DNA of 64,000 bases, from contig NC_043007.1 of assembly GCF_006345805.1 (NCBI RefSeq), positions 70,618,001 through 70,682,000 of the forward strand, read 5' to 3'. This document shows, piece by piece, positions 26,583 through 38,260 of the stretch (position 1 is the stretch's first letter; the number at the start of each line of letters is the position of its first letter). The position numbers were made by a program, and so were the translations under genes. This stretch comes from Octopus sinensis (Eukaryota). The notes under the pieces were generated by a model. That model saw nothing but the letters and a program-made list of their open reading frames with translations. It was not told the origin of the DNA and did no database searches.

Positions 26583-26930
26583 GACATACACACACATACA
26601 TAGATACATACACACACATACATGCATACATACATATACACATACACCGAGTAAAAAATTTCAGTTATCTCTCTTTCACACACACTAACAGAAGCACTTC
26701 ACTTACACAACATACTGTCTGTCTCCCACACCCCATCAAACACACACACACACACATGTACATCAATGCTTCGGTAACTTCAAAACAAATTCCCTCGTCA
26801 TAAAATCGCTTCCTCTTAGTCTCTTTCGCTCTCATTACTTCAAATGTTCCCGCAAGCCCATATGTAAAAAAATAAAAATTTTTTACGGAAATCATCGACG
26901 GAAACGTGCTACTACAAACGAAAGATCGCC
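25823..26930. mobile_element. 1.1-kb palindromic foldback element, Merlin-like termini
   Basis: Termini GGCGATCTTTCGTTTG / CAAACGAAAGATCGCC; symmetry axis 26325|26326; flanks AAATGCTT / AAATGCTC (7 of 8 match as TSD). Confidence 0.85.
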
Positions 26931-27184
26931 AAATGCTCATTAAATATCTAATCAATGGTAAAACAAAAAGTAAAAATTATTTCGATAACAAAACTCCACA
27001 TCCATACAGGGTGAAGCTTCAATCTGTGGAGACTGGTAAACATTAATATAGTTATATTTTCATGACAATTATCACAACATCAATGTAACCTGTCAGCAAG
27101 TTCATAATTTCACAATTAAAGTAAATTACAACCGTTAATAAAAGTGAATTAGTCAAGAAATAAAGGACAGTGTGATTGACTTAC

Positions 27185-27270
27185 CTCCAACACGTGTTAC
27201 TAACACGGAATCGTTTAAAGATGCTTTTGACAAATTTCTGTTAAAATTTACATAGCCGTATTTTCGGAGG
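27185..27270 (-). other. ESF1: Probable ESF1 non-coding first exon
   Basis: Perfect donor TTGGAG|GTAAGT at 27185/27184 in unique sequence; the acceptor upstream of the ATG requires an upstream exon. The 5' limit is a guess. Confidence 0.6.
27189..27198. promoter_or_regulatory. Myc-type E-box AACACGTGTT
   Basis: CACGTG at 27191-27196 within a 10-bp palindrome inside the putative first exon of a ribosome-biogenesis gene. Confidence 0.5.
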
Positions 27271-27569
27271 AAGGAGAATCAGCTGTTTATAATTGTTTTT
27301 AATTACAGTTGATAAAAAAAAATACAATATTAATTTTTTTGTCGAAACATATGTCTTTAAGATGCAATTTGAACTGAAAGAATAATAAGAAAAAATAATT
27401 CTTAGATACGTATTTTTTTAAAAGTCCCTCATTGGAGTTATCACATCTTTTACGCGTTATTATTTAGTGCCAGGTTAACCCTGATCGAGCATATCTGTGA
27501 TTCCTCTCTAGTCTATGCTGTCCTTTGAAAGGAACTCAAGAAATATCTTTTCTGCTATAGACACAAGTT

Positions 27570-27980
27570 GGATCTTTTCGGTTTGAACGGCAGTTTTTTC
27601 TAGCGGTGTCATATGAAATTGTCACCCATAATTATGACCCTGGTATCGATCTATTGCATTTCAATCTGTTTTGGGGGTTAGGGGTGGGGGAAGGGTCTCT
27701 TTTTTTCTTCACAAATGTAAATAAACCCAATCTGTTTCTTAAACGAGGGACATATTCATACGGCACAGAATGTTTTCACCTCAATAGACGTCATTGATTG
27801 GTTCAAATTGCAGAAATTGAAGAAAAAAAACAACAAATATCTTACAAACCATAGAATTTTCTCAATAAAGCCAAGAGAAAAAGATGTTTTATAAACACAT
27901 TCTACCAGTATACGAAGTTTAAAAGTGTTTAGTTACGTGCAAATTATTTTAAAAAACTGCCGGTCAAACTGAAAAGTTCC
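27570..27980. mobile_element. Merlin-like MITE, copy 1
   Basis: TIR GGATCTTTTCGGTTTGAACGGCAGTTTTT; perfect 8-bp TSD CACAAGTT. Confidence 0.85.
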
Positions 27981-29355
27981 CACAAGTTCTGAAATTTGTG
28001 GGGAAGGGGACCCCGAAAAGATGAGAACGCAAAATGAATTTGGTGGAATTTGAACAGACGAAATGCCACTAAGCATTGTATCCGGTGTGCTAACGATTAT
28101 GCCAGTTCGCCACCTTAGAAACGTCTAGAAATATACTAACTAATATATCCTTCCCTAATGTTGGTGACTTTTCTCACATACAAGAATTGATTTGTCTGTT
28201 ACTTCTAGCAGGTCGATCGACCACGATGAAATTTTAAACTCGTTGCGTAATGGAAAAGATAGCTTTGTTCATCTCATCTCTTAACTCTTCTTCACCAACT
28301 TCAGTTACAGGCAGAAATAAGGTTGCTGACCGCATCACTCTCCCACTCGCTATTTTGTTTCTACAGCTATCTTCTCATTTGGAGTCGGCTGTCGACACTG
28401 ACCATCCAACTTTTTCAACCGAATTAGTATCTTCTACCTCATCATCATCATCATCGTTTAACGTCCGTTTTCCGTGCTAGCACGGGTTGGACGGTTCGAC
28501 CGGGGTCTGGGAAGCCAGGGGCTGCTCCAGGCTCTAGTCTGATCTGGCAGAGTTTCTACGGCTGGATGCCCTTCCTAACACCAACCACTCCGTGAGTGTA
28601 GTGGGTGCTTTTTACATGCCACCTGCACAGGTGCCAGGGGGGGTCCGGCATCGGTCATGATCGGTTGGAGCATTTAACGTGCCAGCGGCACGGAAGCCAG
28701 CCAACGCGGCGCTGGCAACGTTCGGATGGTCTTTTTATGTGCCACCGGCACTGGAGCCAGCCTTGTATGTTAATTGACTGTCAAACTGCACTCTCGCTCA
28801 TCACAAAAAAGGCTGTGTTACAGAAGCTGTCATCATCATCGTAGGTATCATTGAGGTTTAAATGAGAATTTATCGATGTGGTGAATGGGAGGAGGGACGT
28901 ATGGTGGTGGAGGAGAAAATTTGGTGGCTCAGGAGGGTGATGAATATAAAATGTGAGTGGAGAAAGATGGTATTAAGAATGAAAGATGGGTGGTAAGTGA
29001 AATGATTCCATATGGTAAGAGAGTTTAAGTGGCGCCAGGAGAAAACAGAAGCATGCAGCTCTATTCATTTAATTACAGCAGCAGAATACTGCAGTTAAAA
29101 AAACGTTGGGTGGTGGAGATGCCTTGAGAAGGGAATTGTATGATGGGTGGGGTGCAGTTATGCACATCATTTAATGTCTATTTTCCATGTTGGCATGGAT
29201 TGGACGGTTTGACTAAAAACTGGTAGCCTGGGGAGCTGCACCAGATTCCAATCTGATTTGGCATGGTTTCTACAACTGGACACACTTCCTAGTGCCAACC
29301 ACACCAGGAACGTAGTGGGTGTTTTTTTTATATATATACACAGTGTGTGTATATA

Positions 29356-30646
29356 TCTAATATAATAAATAAATGTGAAAACTAATTTTTGTCTGTCAGT
29401 GTGTCACATTTAGAGCCCCTCTCTCTCTCTATTCAATGACACTTCTACTATTCCTCATGATGGGGTGAGAGCAATAGTAGGCAGAGAGAAGGTGAGGGTG
29501 GTGGTGAAGACAGACAGAGAGAGTGGCAGTGGGAGTAATAATAAAAGAGTGGATATGCGAGAGAAAGAGGGAGATGATGTACAACTTGGTTTGACCATGT
29601 CTCTTTGACAGAAACTCCCGTTGCCAACAGACTGAATACTATCATTTTTGTTTTATTTTTGCTTTCTTTAATACATATATACACACACACATATAAATTA
29701 CACTTTAATTGAAATAAAGTTTCCCCAAAATTAAACATATCTAATATGATAAATGTGAATGTCAGTGTGTCACACTTTTTCTACTTTTAATAAATCCTTT
29801 CTACTGGAAGCACAATGCTTCAGATTTGGGGGGAAGGGATTAAGTCTATTACATCGATCCCCCAGTATGTAACTGGTACTAATTTTATCAACTCCAAAAG
29901 GATGAAAAACAAAGTCAACCTCTGTGGAATTTGAGCTCCAAACCTAATAGCAGATGAAATACCTATTTCTTTACTGCCCACAAGGAGACAAACAAGGACA
30001 GAGAGGAGACAAACAAGGACAGAGAGACGGATTAAGTCGATTACATCGACCCCAGTGCATAGCTGGTACTTAGTTTATCGACCCAGAAAGGATGAAAGGT
30101 AAAGTCGACCTCAGTGGAATTTGAACTCAGAGTGTGATGGCAGACAAAATACCGCTAAGCATTTCGCCCGGCATGCTAACGTTTCTGTCAGCAGATGAAA
30201 TACTGCTTAGCATTTCACCTGGTATGCTAACAATTCTGCCGGCTCACCGCCTTAATATAACAATATAATATAATATGATATAATATAATATAATATAATA
30301 AATGTGAAGGTCAGTGTGTCACACTTTTTCAATTTTTCTCCTAGGGGCTGTAGCGCAACATATACCATTTTGGAATCAGGATGACTCCATGAGTAAGTTA
30401 AAAACATTCCAGGCCAAATCCAGATCTGCAATCTTGAAATTTTGGATTCCTATGTTTCCATTACTGCAATTGTTTTTAGCAATTTTTTTTACATGATTTT
30501 TTACGATGAATATGATCATTATTGGGATGACTCTGGAAGAAGCAATTGCAACAAATACTCCAAAACAAGTCAGAGATCTGTTTGTAGATCTTCCCATTCG
30601 GAGTCAGTTGCTTAAAAGCCACCTGATAGGGCGGCTTTTAAGCTAG
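29356..30646 (+). mobile_element. Non-autonomous Helitron with nested SINEs
   Basis: A|TC 5' end; 3' hairpin taaaagcc..ggctttta (30613-30640) then CTAG|T; residual Rep/Hel-like fragment DHYWD/TLEEAIATNTPKQVRDLF at about 30514-30585. Confidence 0.7.
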
Positions 30647-30674
30647 TATATATGTGTGTGTATATATATATATA

Positions 30675-31241
30675 TTTGGTTGTCCGGAAAGTTCGTGCCG
30701 ATTTATAGTAGCTTATCTTTCGACTTATTTTAGAACATGGTTGAGTCCATAAAATAGGATTTGACTACACTTCCATTTAGAACGCAGTTTAAGCTATCTT
30801 TTCATGGAAGAAGGTCTATGTTCCTATAACCTTTGTTAATTCTGTAAAGCCTTTAAAATGGAAGATAAGAAAGTTCATTTTTGGCACTTGATGCTTTGGG
30901 AACAAGACAAAAATTGCAGCAGCTCGGCTGGGATGCGTTACCCCACCCTCCATATTCACCAGATATTGCTCCTTTGGATTTCCACTTATTCAGGTCTCTG
31001 CAGAATAGTCTTAATAGTAAAAATTTCAATCCCTTGGATGACATAAAAAGATACCTTGATAAATTCTTTGCCATGAAACCCCCTCAATTCTGGGAAGAGG
31101 GTATTTTCAAGTTAAAGGAAAGATGGAGATGCATTGTGCAACAAAATGGTTCATATTTGGTTGATTAAAAATGTAATGGCAAGTATTTATTGACCTTTTT
31201 CTTTCCTTTAAAAATCGGCACAAACTTTCCGGACAACCCAG
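30675..31241 (+). mobile_element. Internally deleted mariner (mellifera-like)
   Basis: About 30-bp TIRs ggttgtccggaaagttcgtgccgattt with TA flanks; N-terminal MEDKKVHFWHLML joined to C-terminal LGWDALPHPPYSPDIAPLDFHLFRSLQNSL. Confidence 0.92.
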
Positions 31242-31619
31242 TATATACACACACACATTGTGCTCCCTGAATCTCACTTTCACTGACACAACCTGATCTT
31301 CTTGGGAACCTCATATTGCTAGTTATCCCAGTCCTTTTTCATCTCTTCTATGAGATTTGACGTCCAGAGAGATCAGCCTTCACCATGTCAGCCCATGTCT
31401 TCTTTGCAAGCTCCATCCACATTAAGCAACCAACACTTCTCTTTATGGCTGTCCTCTTCCGTATGCATCACATGTCCATTCCAGTGCTGTCTCCTTCCTT
31501 GCATGCTCCATCACTGAAATACGCTAATTAGTAGTTGATAGAGTAGTTGAATAAATATTTTGTGTCACTTATTGATTGACAGAGTAAGAAAGGGTGAAGA
31601 ACTTTGATCATGAATGATC

Positions 31620-31925
31620 ATGGGATTGCACTTACAAAGTTATCCTCTAAGGTACAAGTCCCAGCAAGGTTGTTTATGGAAGACAAGTAGTCACCCATGC
31701 ATATCAGCCTCCCCTCACCATGCCACTAATGTTATCCAAGGGAAAGGCAAAAACCAAACAGCTTGGGACCAGTAACATTGCAACTCATTTCTACAGCTGA
31801 GTGAACTGGAGCAATGTGAAATAAAGTGTCTTACTCAAGAATACAACACAGCCTGGTCCAGGAATTGAACTCATTACCTCATAATTGTGAGCCCGACACT
31901 CTAACCACTGAGCCATGCACCTTCA
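31620..31925 (-). mobile_element. tRNA-derived SINE family C (V-domain-like)
   Basis: Head tggctcagtggttagag...gagttcaattcc; other copies at 38700-39045 (-), 49115-49405 (+), 63608-63740 (+). Confidence 0.75.
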
Positions 31926-33797
31926 TGACACAATGATAACACAATTCACGTAAATAGCATTACACACAGGTGAAAACATATCACACTTTATTTAATAACA
32001 AATAAATTAAAAAGATGTATTCAAATGTACAATAAATTTCTCCAGTATATTTTTGTGTGAGCACCCTTCAGTGGGTGCAGGGACAGCTGAGTAGTAAGAC
32101 ATTTATTTTGTTTGGCAATTCTTTGGTTTCAGATTCAATTTCATTGCATGGAATTTTGGGAAAGGGTCTTCTGCCATAGACTTTGGGTTGACCAGAGTCT
32201 TGTCAATGAAATTTGACTGACAGAAACTGTAGAAATTTCAGAGAATGATGATTAGTATACTGAAGCAGTCAAAAAGAAATGTGGAACAAGAGCAATAATA
32301 TAGTTTTGATACCTTAATGAAGGACATACAATAACAACCCAAGTTCAAATGTTATACTTTGCTGGTGGTCTTGATGAATCTGGAATTTTCTAAATTCTGA
32401 ATAAACAGAATTGAGATCTTAAAACCAAGGTGCTACATAAAAAGCACTGGTGATGGTGTCACATAAAAAGTACCCAATACACTCTGTGGAGTGGTTGGAG
32501 TTAGGAAGGGCATCCAGCCATAGAAATCAAGTCAAAACAGACTATGGAACTCTGGTGTGGCCTTTAGCCTTGCCAGTTCCTGTGAAGCCATCCAACCTAT
32601 GCCTGCATGGAAAACAGATGTTGAATGTTGTTGATGATGATGATGGAAGTATGTTTGCCCCAACCAGTTCTTACTGTTCCTTCCACAGGACAGATTGTAT
32701 TGTTGCACAAAAGTTGTATTACTGCTCATTCAACTTTCTATATTGCAACTTCCATTGATTGAGATTAAGGTTTGCAGTGTTGATGTCAATAACATACTCA
32801 TAAAAATGATCCAAGACTATTGAGGTACAGATGTTGAAGTGTGCTTATGAAGATCTTAGTTGCACATTTTGTGGCCATCTGGAGGCAAGATCATGACATT
32901 TTTAGGGAATTTACAATTAGCACTGCATATTTTAAAGAAAGCTAATAGAACTGCTGTCACGAACATAGTTAGAAGCATAAACATAAGAATCAGAAAGTGG
33001 AGCAGTTGCAAATGTCCTTTGAAATTCAGGGAAAAAACAGTGGAGAAAATCTGAGTAAAGCTAGAAAAAATCAGAGAAAGGAAAAAGATTAATTAACAAT
33101 GATGACAAATTAATTGCCACATAATAGTCAACCAAAATTCTTAAATAAGTCCAGGTGAGCTGGCAGAATCGTTAGCATGCAGTACAAAATGTTTAGCAGT
33201 ATTCTGTTGTCCATCTTTATGTTGAGTTCAAACTCTGCCATGATTGACTTTGCCTTTCATCTTTTGAAAGTCAATAAAATAAGTACCAGTTGTGAACTGT
33301 TCCATTGATGCGGTGCTTGATTGTTGTGCACCTGCTCACATGTCCAAGATAGGATGCTTTACACTAGGGAGAGAGAGCATTGCGTGAATGACAGTGCCGA
33401 GTGAATGGTAGTGTTTCTTTTTTACTCCGCGTGTGTTGTGCATAAAAACGTGTTTATATTCTTCAATGTGATAAAGTGTAGAATTAGATTATTATCCTGC
33501 TTCCAGCTTCAGCTTTGCTGCCAGGATTTGAAAAATAGGGCACATTTTCCCCACATTTTGTGATTTAGGGGAGATTTTTGAAAAACAATGGAGAACTCAC
33601 GACGGTGTTCACTGAACAAATTAAACACACTACAAGGCAGTGGCTAAAACGCAAACCGATCAAGTTTGTGAATGAATTTCCTTTTACACAATATTAAAAC
33701 AATGGCTAAAAATTTTCTGAAGCAGTACCCCCACTAATTTTATCTACAAGCTACCACTGGGTTTTGATATATTTGTGAGATGCTTAAGGTGCATACC

Positions 33798-34030
33798 TAT
33801 TTCTTTATTACCCACAAGGGGCTAAACACAGAGCGGACAAACAAGGACAGACATAGGTATTAAGTCGATTACATTGACCCCAGTGCGTAACTGGTACTTA
33901 ATTTATCGACCCCGAAAATATGAAAGGCAAAGTCGACCTCGGCGGAATTTGAACTCACAACGTAACGCAGACGAAATACCGCTAAGCATTTCGCCCGGCG
34001 TGCTAACGTTTCTGCCAGCTCGCCGCCTTA
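33798..34030 (-). mobile_element. Young Meta-domain SINE with 15-bp TSD
   Basis: TSD CTTAAGGTGCATACC at 33783-33797 and 34031-34045. Confidence 0.9.
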
Positions 34031-34035
34031 CTTAA

Positions 34036-34450
34036 GGTGCATACCAACACACCTGTGCCTCCCCTCCCCTACCGAATTTCTTTCCTCATAACTTTCGGCA
34101 AAATGGATATTTTGTAATGAAATTTCCAACAACTACCTTTCAGATGGTGAAGATTACTATTATTTCTAAATTTAAAGAGTAAAAGAAAATTGGCGGGCGC
34201 ACACATAGACATACCGACACCCATCCAATATTTACCTACAAAATTAAACTTGAAATTTCGGAAAAAGCTAAGTGACGTGTGTAAGTATGTATGTGTGCGC
34301 CCACCATTTTTTTCCACATTAAATTCGGAAATAATCGTAATCTACTCTATCCGAAAGATGAGTATGGAAAATTTCATTCAAAAATATTCATTTTTCTGAG
34401 AGTTATGAGGAAACAAAATCGTAAGGTGTGCATACTAGTGTAGGTATGCC
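34036..34450. mobile_element. Kolobok-like MITE
   Basis: TTAA|GGTGCATACCAACAC ... GTGTAGGTATGCC imperfect TIRs; subterminal gaaatttc and agttatgag motifs. Confidence 0.45.
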
Positions 34451-34597
34451 AAACATTTTTACCTGTTTTTCAAAAATCGTCTTATCCATCGTCCTGTCTT
34501 TATTTAACAGCTAGCCTTAATTATTCCTCAATTAAGACCCATTTAAGTCATTCCAAATTGTTGCATGTTTACAAAGAAATCACATGTCAATGTTGTT

Positions 34598-34669
34598 ACC
34601 GGAAGTGACTCAAATCGTCATGCAATGCATTCTGGGTTTTTCCCCATTAGGTTCTAAACTGTCGACGTG
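34598..34669 (+). promoter_or_regulatory. GCC1: GCC1 promoter and non-coding first exon: ETS site, Staf/ZNF143 site, splice donor
   Basis: ACCGGAAGTG at 34598-34607; AACCCAGAATGCATTGCA on the minus strand at 34621-34638 (Staf/ZNF143-like); donor G|GTAAGT at 34669/34670; local CpG enrichment. Confidence 0.6.
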
Positions 34670-36722
34670 GTAAGTTACTCTAATTAAGTCATTAATTAAA
34701 GTCAGTTAATTTTGGTCTCTTCAATTTTAGTTTCAATCTTCCACATAAATCCTTTATTATCCTAGTTTGTCCGTTCATTAATGTGTTGTCAATTTAAAGT
34801 TGTCGTCGTCAGATCAAACCTGGTCGTGGTTGGAAACCTTATTTTAAGATGTTCTTGTTTTGTTTCAAATTCCAGATGTTATTGTTGACGTGCTTTAATT
34901 GTTTAATGAACCAGATTTGTCAACATTATTTGGTATTCTCTTTTGCTAACCATTAAGCCAAACAGCCCTTGACTACTTCTGATCTGTCTTAAATATCGAT
35001 AAACATGGTCTGATATTTTGCCATGTCACACCATCTGCCAATCTCTCACGCCTCACCTTGTTATGTTTAGTGAGGACGACCCTTTGCATTACGAGTTCGA
35101 ATCCATCTGAAAGTAACTTGACCAGTCTTCCTTTTTGGGGGTCATTAAAATTAAATACCAGTCAAATGTTGGGACGGATTTATATTTTTGACCGTAAACG
35201 GAATTATGTTTCAACCTAAATCCCTTGAGCCTTTGAGAGAGCTTCTGTGTGGTCACTCGACCTGATAAGTTTACCTGCAAATTTACTTCCGACCACGTTA
35301 TACTATTTTAAAGTGGGAGGGACATATTGAGGTCTTCGGTGCTCACTGCTTTTTAAAAATGTGACTAATGGACACGGTTAGAATACCTTTGATCTAAACT
35401 GACCTGGAACAATGCCTAATTAAATACCTGAGCAGGCCATTGTTCAAACTTCTAAAATCGATTGAACAGACTGTTGAGGTATTTAATTACACTGTCGTTG
35501 TTCCCGGTCAACTATGTCATTATTTAAACAGATAACACATTTTTGTTTTTACTTGTCAAACTGTTCATTGTTCGTTCATTTTCGCACACGAATGTCAGTC
35601 TCAATTATTAATATGTTTTTTTCTCTCCCTCGTTTATATTTTAACGTGTCTGAAAACTTCATCTCGTATCGGAATCTTCATTCTCGAAATTTGGTGAATA
35701 TAGGTAAAAATAAAGGTGGAGGGAATAGTAAAGGCAAGTTGATACAATGTCTCGAGAAAAGTATTTTAACATCATCACTCAGTTTAATTTCGTTGGGACC
35801 AACGAAAAAGAAATATTTTTCTTTAGTTGATATATTATTAACTTTGACAATCCAAACGGATTCAATGGCGTGATATAGACATCTGACTTGCAGAAATAAT
35901 TTTAGAAATATAAAAAAGTGGCCAGATTTCTGTTTTGAGTTGGGTCTAAATGTATGAAATTCCACAACTGTTTGAGTCCTTGAACACTCACCCGTTCCGT
36001 TCGTTCATTGATATTATGTCCCAAAGAGCTAAAATAATGTAGAACCCACGAGAACTAAACTCAGTTTATAGTGGCTGTTATTTATTTCAGTTTTAAGTTT
36101 TTTTTTAAATACTTATTTTACATTTGTCTACGTAGCACATGAATTGATTGGCAAAGGAAGGGAATGTAGTTTCATCTACTTTTGCAGATTTTCTATTTCT
36201 GTGTCCCAGTTAACAGGATTACTTATTGATTTTCTTATATATTTAGGTGACAAATGGATTAATATTTAAATACGATCTATGCTGAATTTTTATGTGAAAA
36301 TTAGAAAATGTTTTGTTTTTTTTACTCAGAAATTATTGATCAGAAATAATCTTGTGTTTATCCAGTGACTCAGTAAAGGAAATATTTACTTAAGAAGAGT
36401 AGAAAGAATGGCACTTGTTTTCTTCATAATCTTAGGACTTCAAGTGACACCAAACACTGACAAAATACTTGTGAAGCAGCATTCTCATCCCTTTCAATAG
36501 TTGGTGTCACCAACATACCATCTGTGATGGAGCTATGCTCACTGGCACTTAACTTTCCTGGGTGCTGTTCTGTTACCTTGTAGTAACATTGTCATCATAC
36601 AAATACAGTTTGTGCAACTATCAACATTTTACAGCATTAATCATTTCGTTATGATAATAGTTAATTAGCACTACTATTATCATTGAATTTTATTTTATTT
36701 TATTTTTTTAATTATTATCATT

Positions 36723-37139
36723 GGATCTTTTCGGTTTGACCGGCAGTTTTTAAAAATAATTTGCACGTAACTAAACACTTTTAAACTTCGTATACTGCTA
36801 GAATGTTTTTATAAAACATCTTTTTCTCTTGGCTTTATTGAGAAAATTCTATACTTTGTAAGATATTTGTTGTTTTTTTTCTTCAATTTCAACCAATCAA
36901 TGACGTCTATTGAGGTGAAAACATTCCGTGCCGTATGAATATGTCCCTCGTTTAAGAAACAGATTGGGTTTATTTACATTTGTGAAGAAAAAAAGATACC
37001 CTTCTCCCACCCCTAACCATAACCCTAACTCTAACCCTAACCCAGATTGAAATGCAATAGATCGATACTAGGGTCATAATTATGGGTGACAATTTCATGA
37101 CACCGCTAGAAAAAACTGCCGGTCAAACCGAAAAGATCC
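36723..37139. mobile_element. Merlin-like MITE, copy 2 (inverted relative to copy 1)
   Basis: About 29-bp perfect TIRs; perfect 8-bp TSD TTATCATT; internal (CCCTAA)n-like tract. Confidence 0.88.
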
Positions 37140-37855
37140 TTATCATTAACAATGTAATATCCAGTTTGTGATGATGATATGGATTAGATAATTCTTCGAC
37201 ACATTGTATTTCCACATATCTGAATCTTATATTAATCCCATGTAAGAAGTCCATTGTTCACTCTTCACTGTTTCCTCTCAGATCACTTTTAGTCTACAAT
37301 TCTATTGTGCCCACCTCATTATCAACTTTAAGACTTTTCTTTATTTGATATACAATATTAGTTGAAATTTCATTACATTCTTTATTACCAACTCAATTAT
37401 CTTTACTAGATGCAGTTTTCAATGGGACAATGTCTTGATAAGGTAAGATTCGTTACTATTAATTACTGTTGTAGAAGTAAAATAAGTTCATGTATAATTA
37501 TAGTCTCAGGATTGTATCTCCTGTAAACATTTCATTGTGTTTGGGTGAAGTGTGACAAATTTACTAGCTGTTAGAAGTATGTACCAGCTTCTGTTGGTGT
37601 CCAATACATTCCTTGGCATCTTGTCCAGAAGAAGCTTTATGAATCATCATCATTTAACGTCCGTTTTCCATGCTGGCATGTGGACAGTTTGACAGGAATT
37701 GGCCAGCCGGAAGCTGTCCAGATTCCAGTTGTCTGTTTTGGCATGGTTTCTATGGGTGGATGCATTTCCTAATGCCAAATCTAACTTGAAAAATGACAAT
37801 TACAATTAATACTGTTTTACTAGATTTCAAAAGTGAAAAATCTATATATTATTTA

Positions 37856-38260
37856 GGCACAGGAGTGGCTGTGTGGTAAATAGCTTGATTACCAACCACA
37901 TGGTTCTGGGTTCAGTCCCACTGCGTGGCACCTTGGGCCAGTGTCTTCTACAATAGCCTCAGGCTGACCAAAGCCTTATGAGTGGATTTGGTAGACGGAA
38001 ACTGAAAGAAGCCTGTTGTATATATGTATATATATTTATGCGTGTATATATGTTTGTGTGTCTGTGTTTGTCCCCTCTCCCAACATAGCTTGACAACCGA
38101 TGCTGGTGTCTTTACGTCCCCGTAACTTATCAGTTTGGCAAAAGAGACCGATAGAATATGTACCAGGCTTACAAAGAATAAGTCCTGGGGTTGATTTGCT
38201 TGACTAAAGGCGGTGCTCCAGCATGGCCACGATCACATGACTGAAACAAGTAAAAGAGTA
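37856..38260 (+). mobile_element. SINE family A
   Basis: Full-length copy. Confidence 0.87.

Noticed and set aside
26100-26665. Conserved short modules separated by variable stretches, superficially CRISPR-like
   Set aside because: The spacers are microsatellites, the array is palindromic, the context is eukaryotic and there are no cas genes
948-27185. Intronic snoRNAs, plausible in a ribosome-biogenesis host gene
   Set aside because: No convincing C/D or H/ACA box arrangement found by eye; needs snoScan or Infernal
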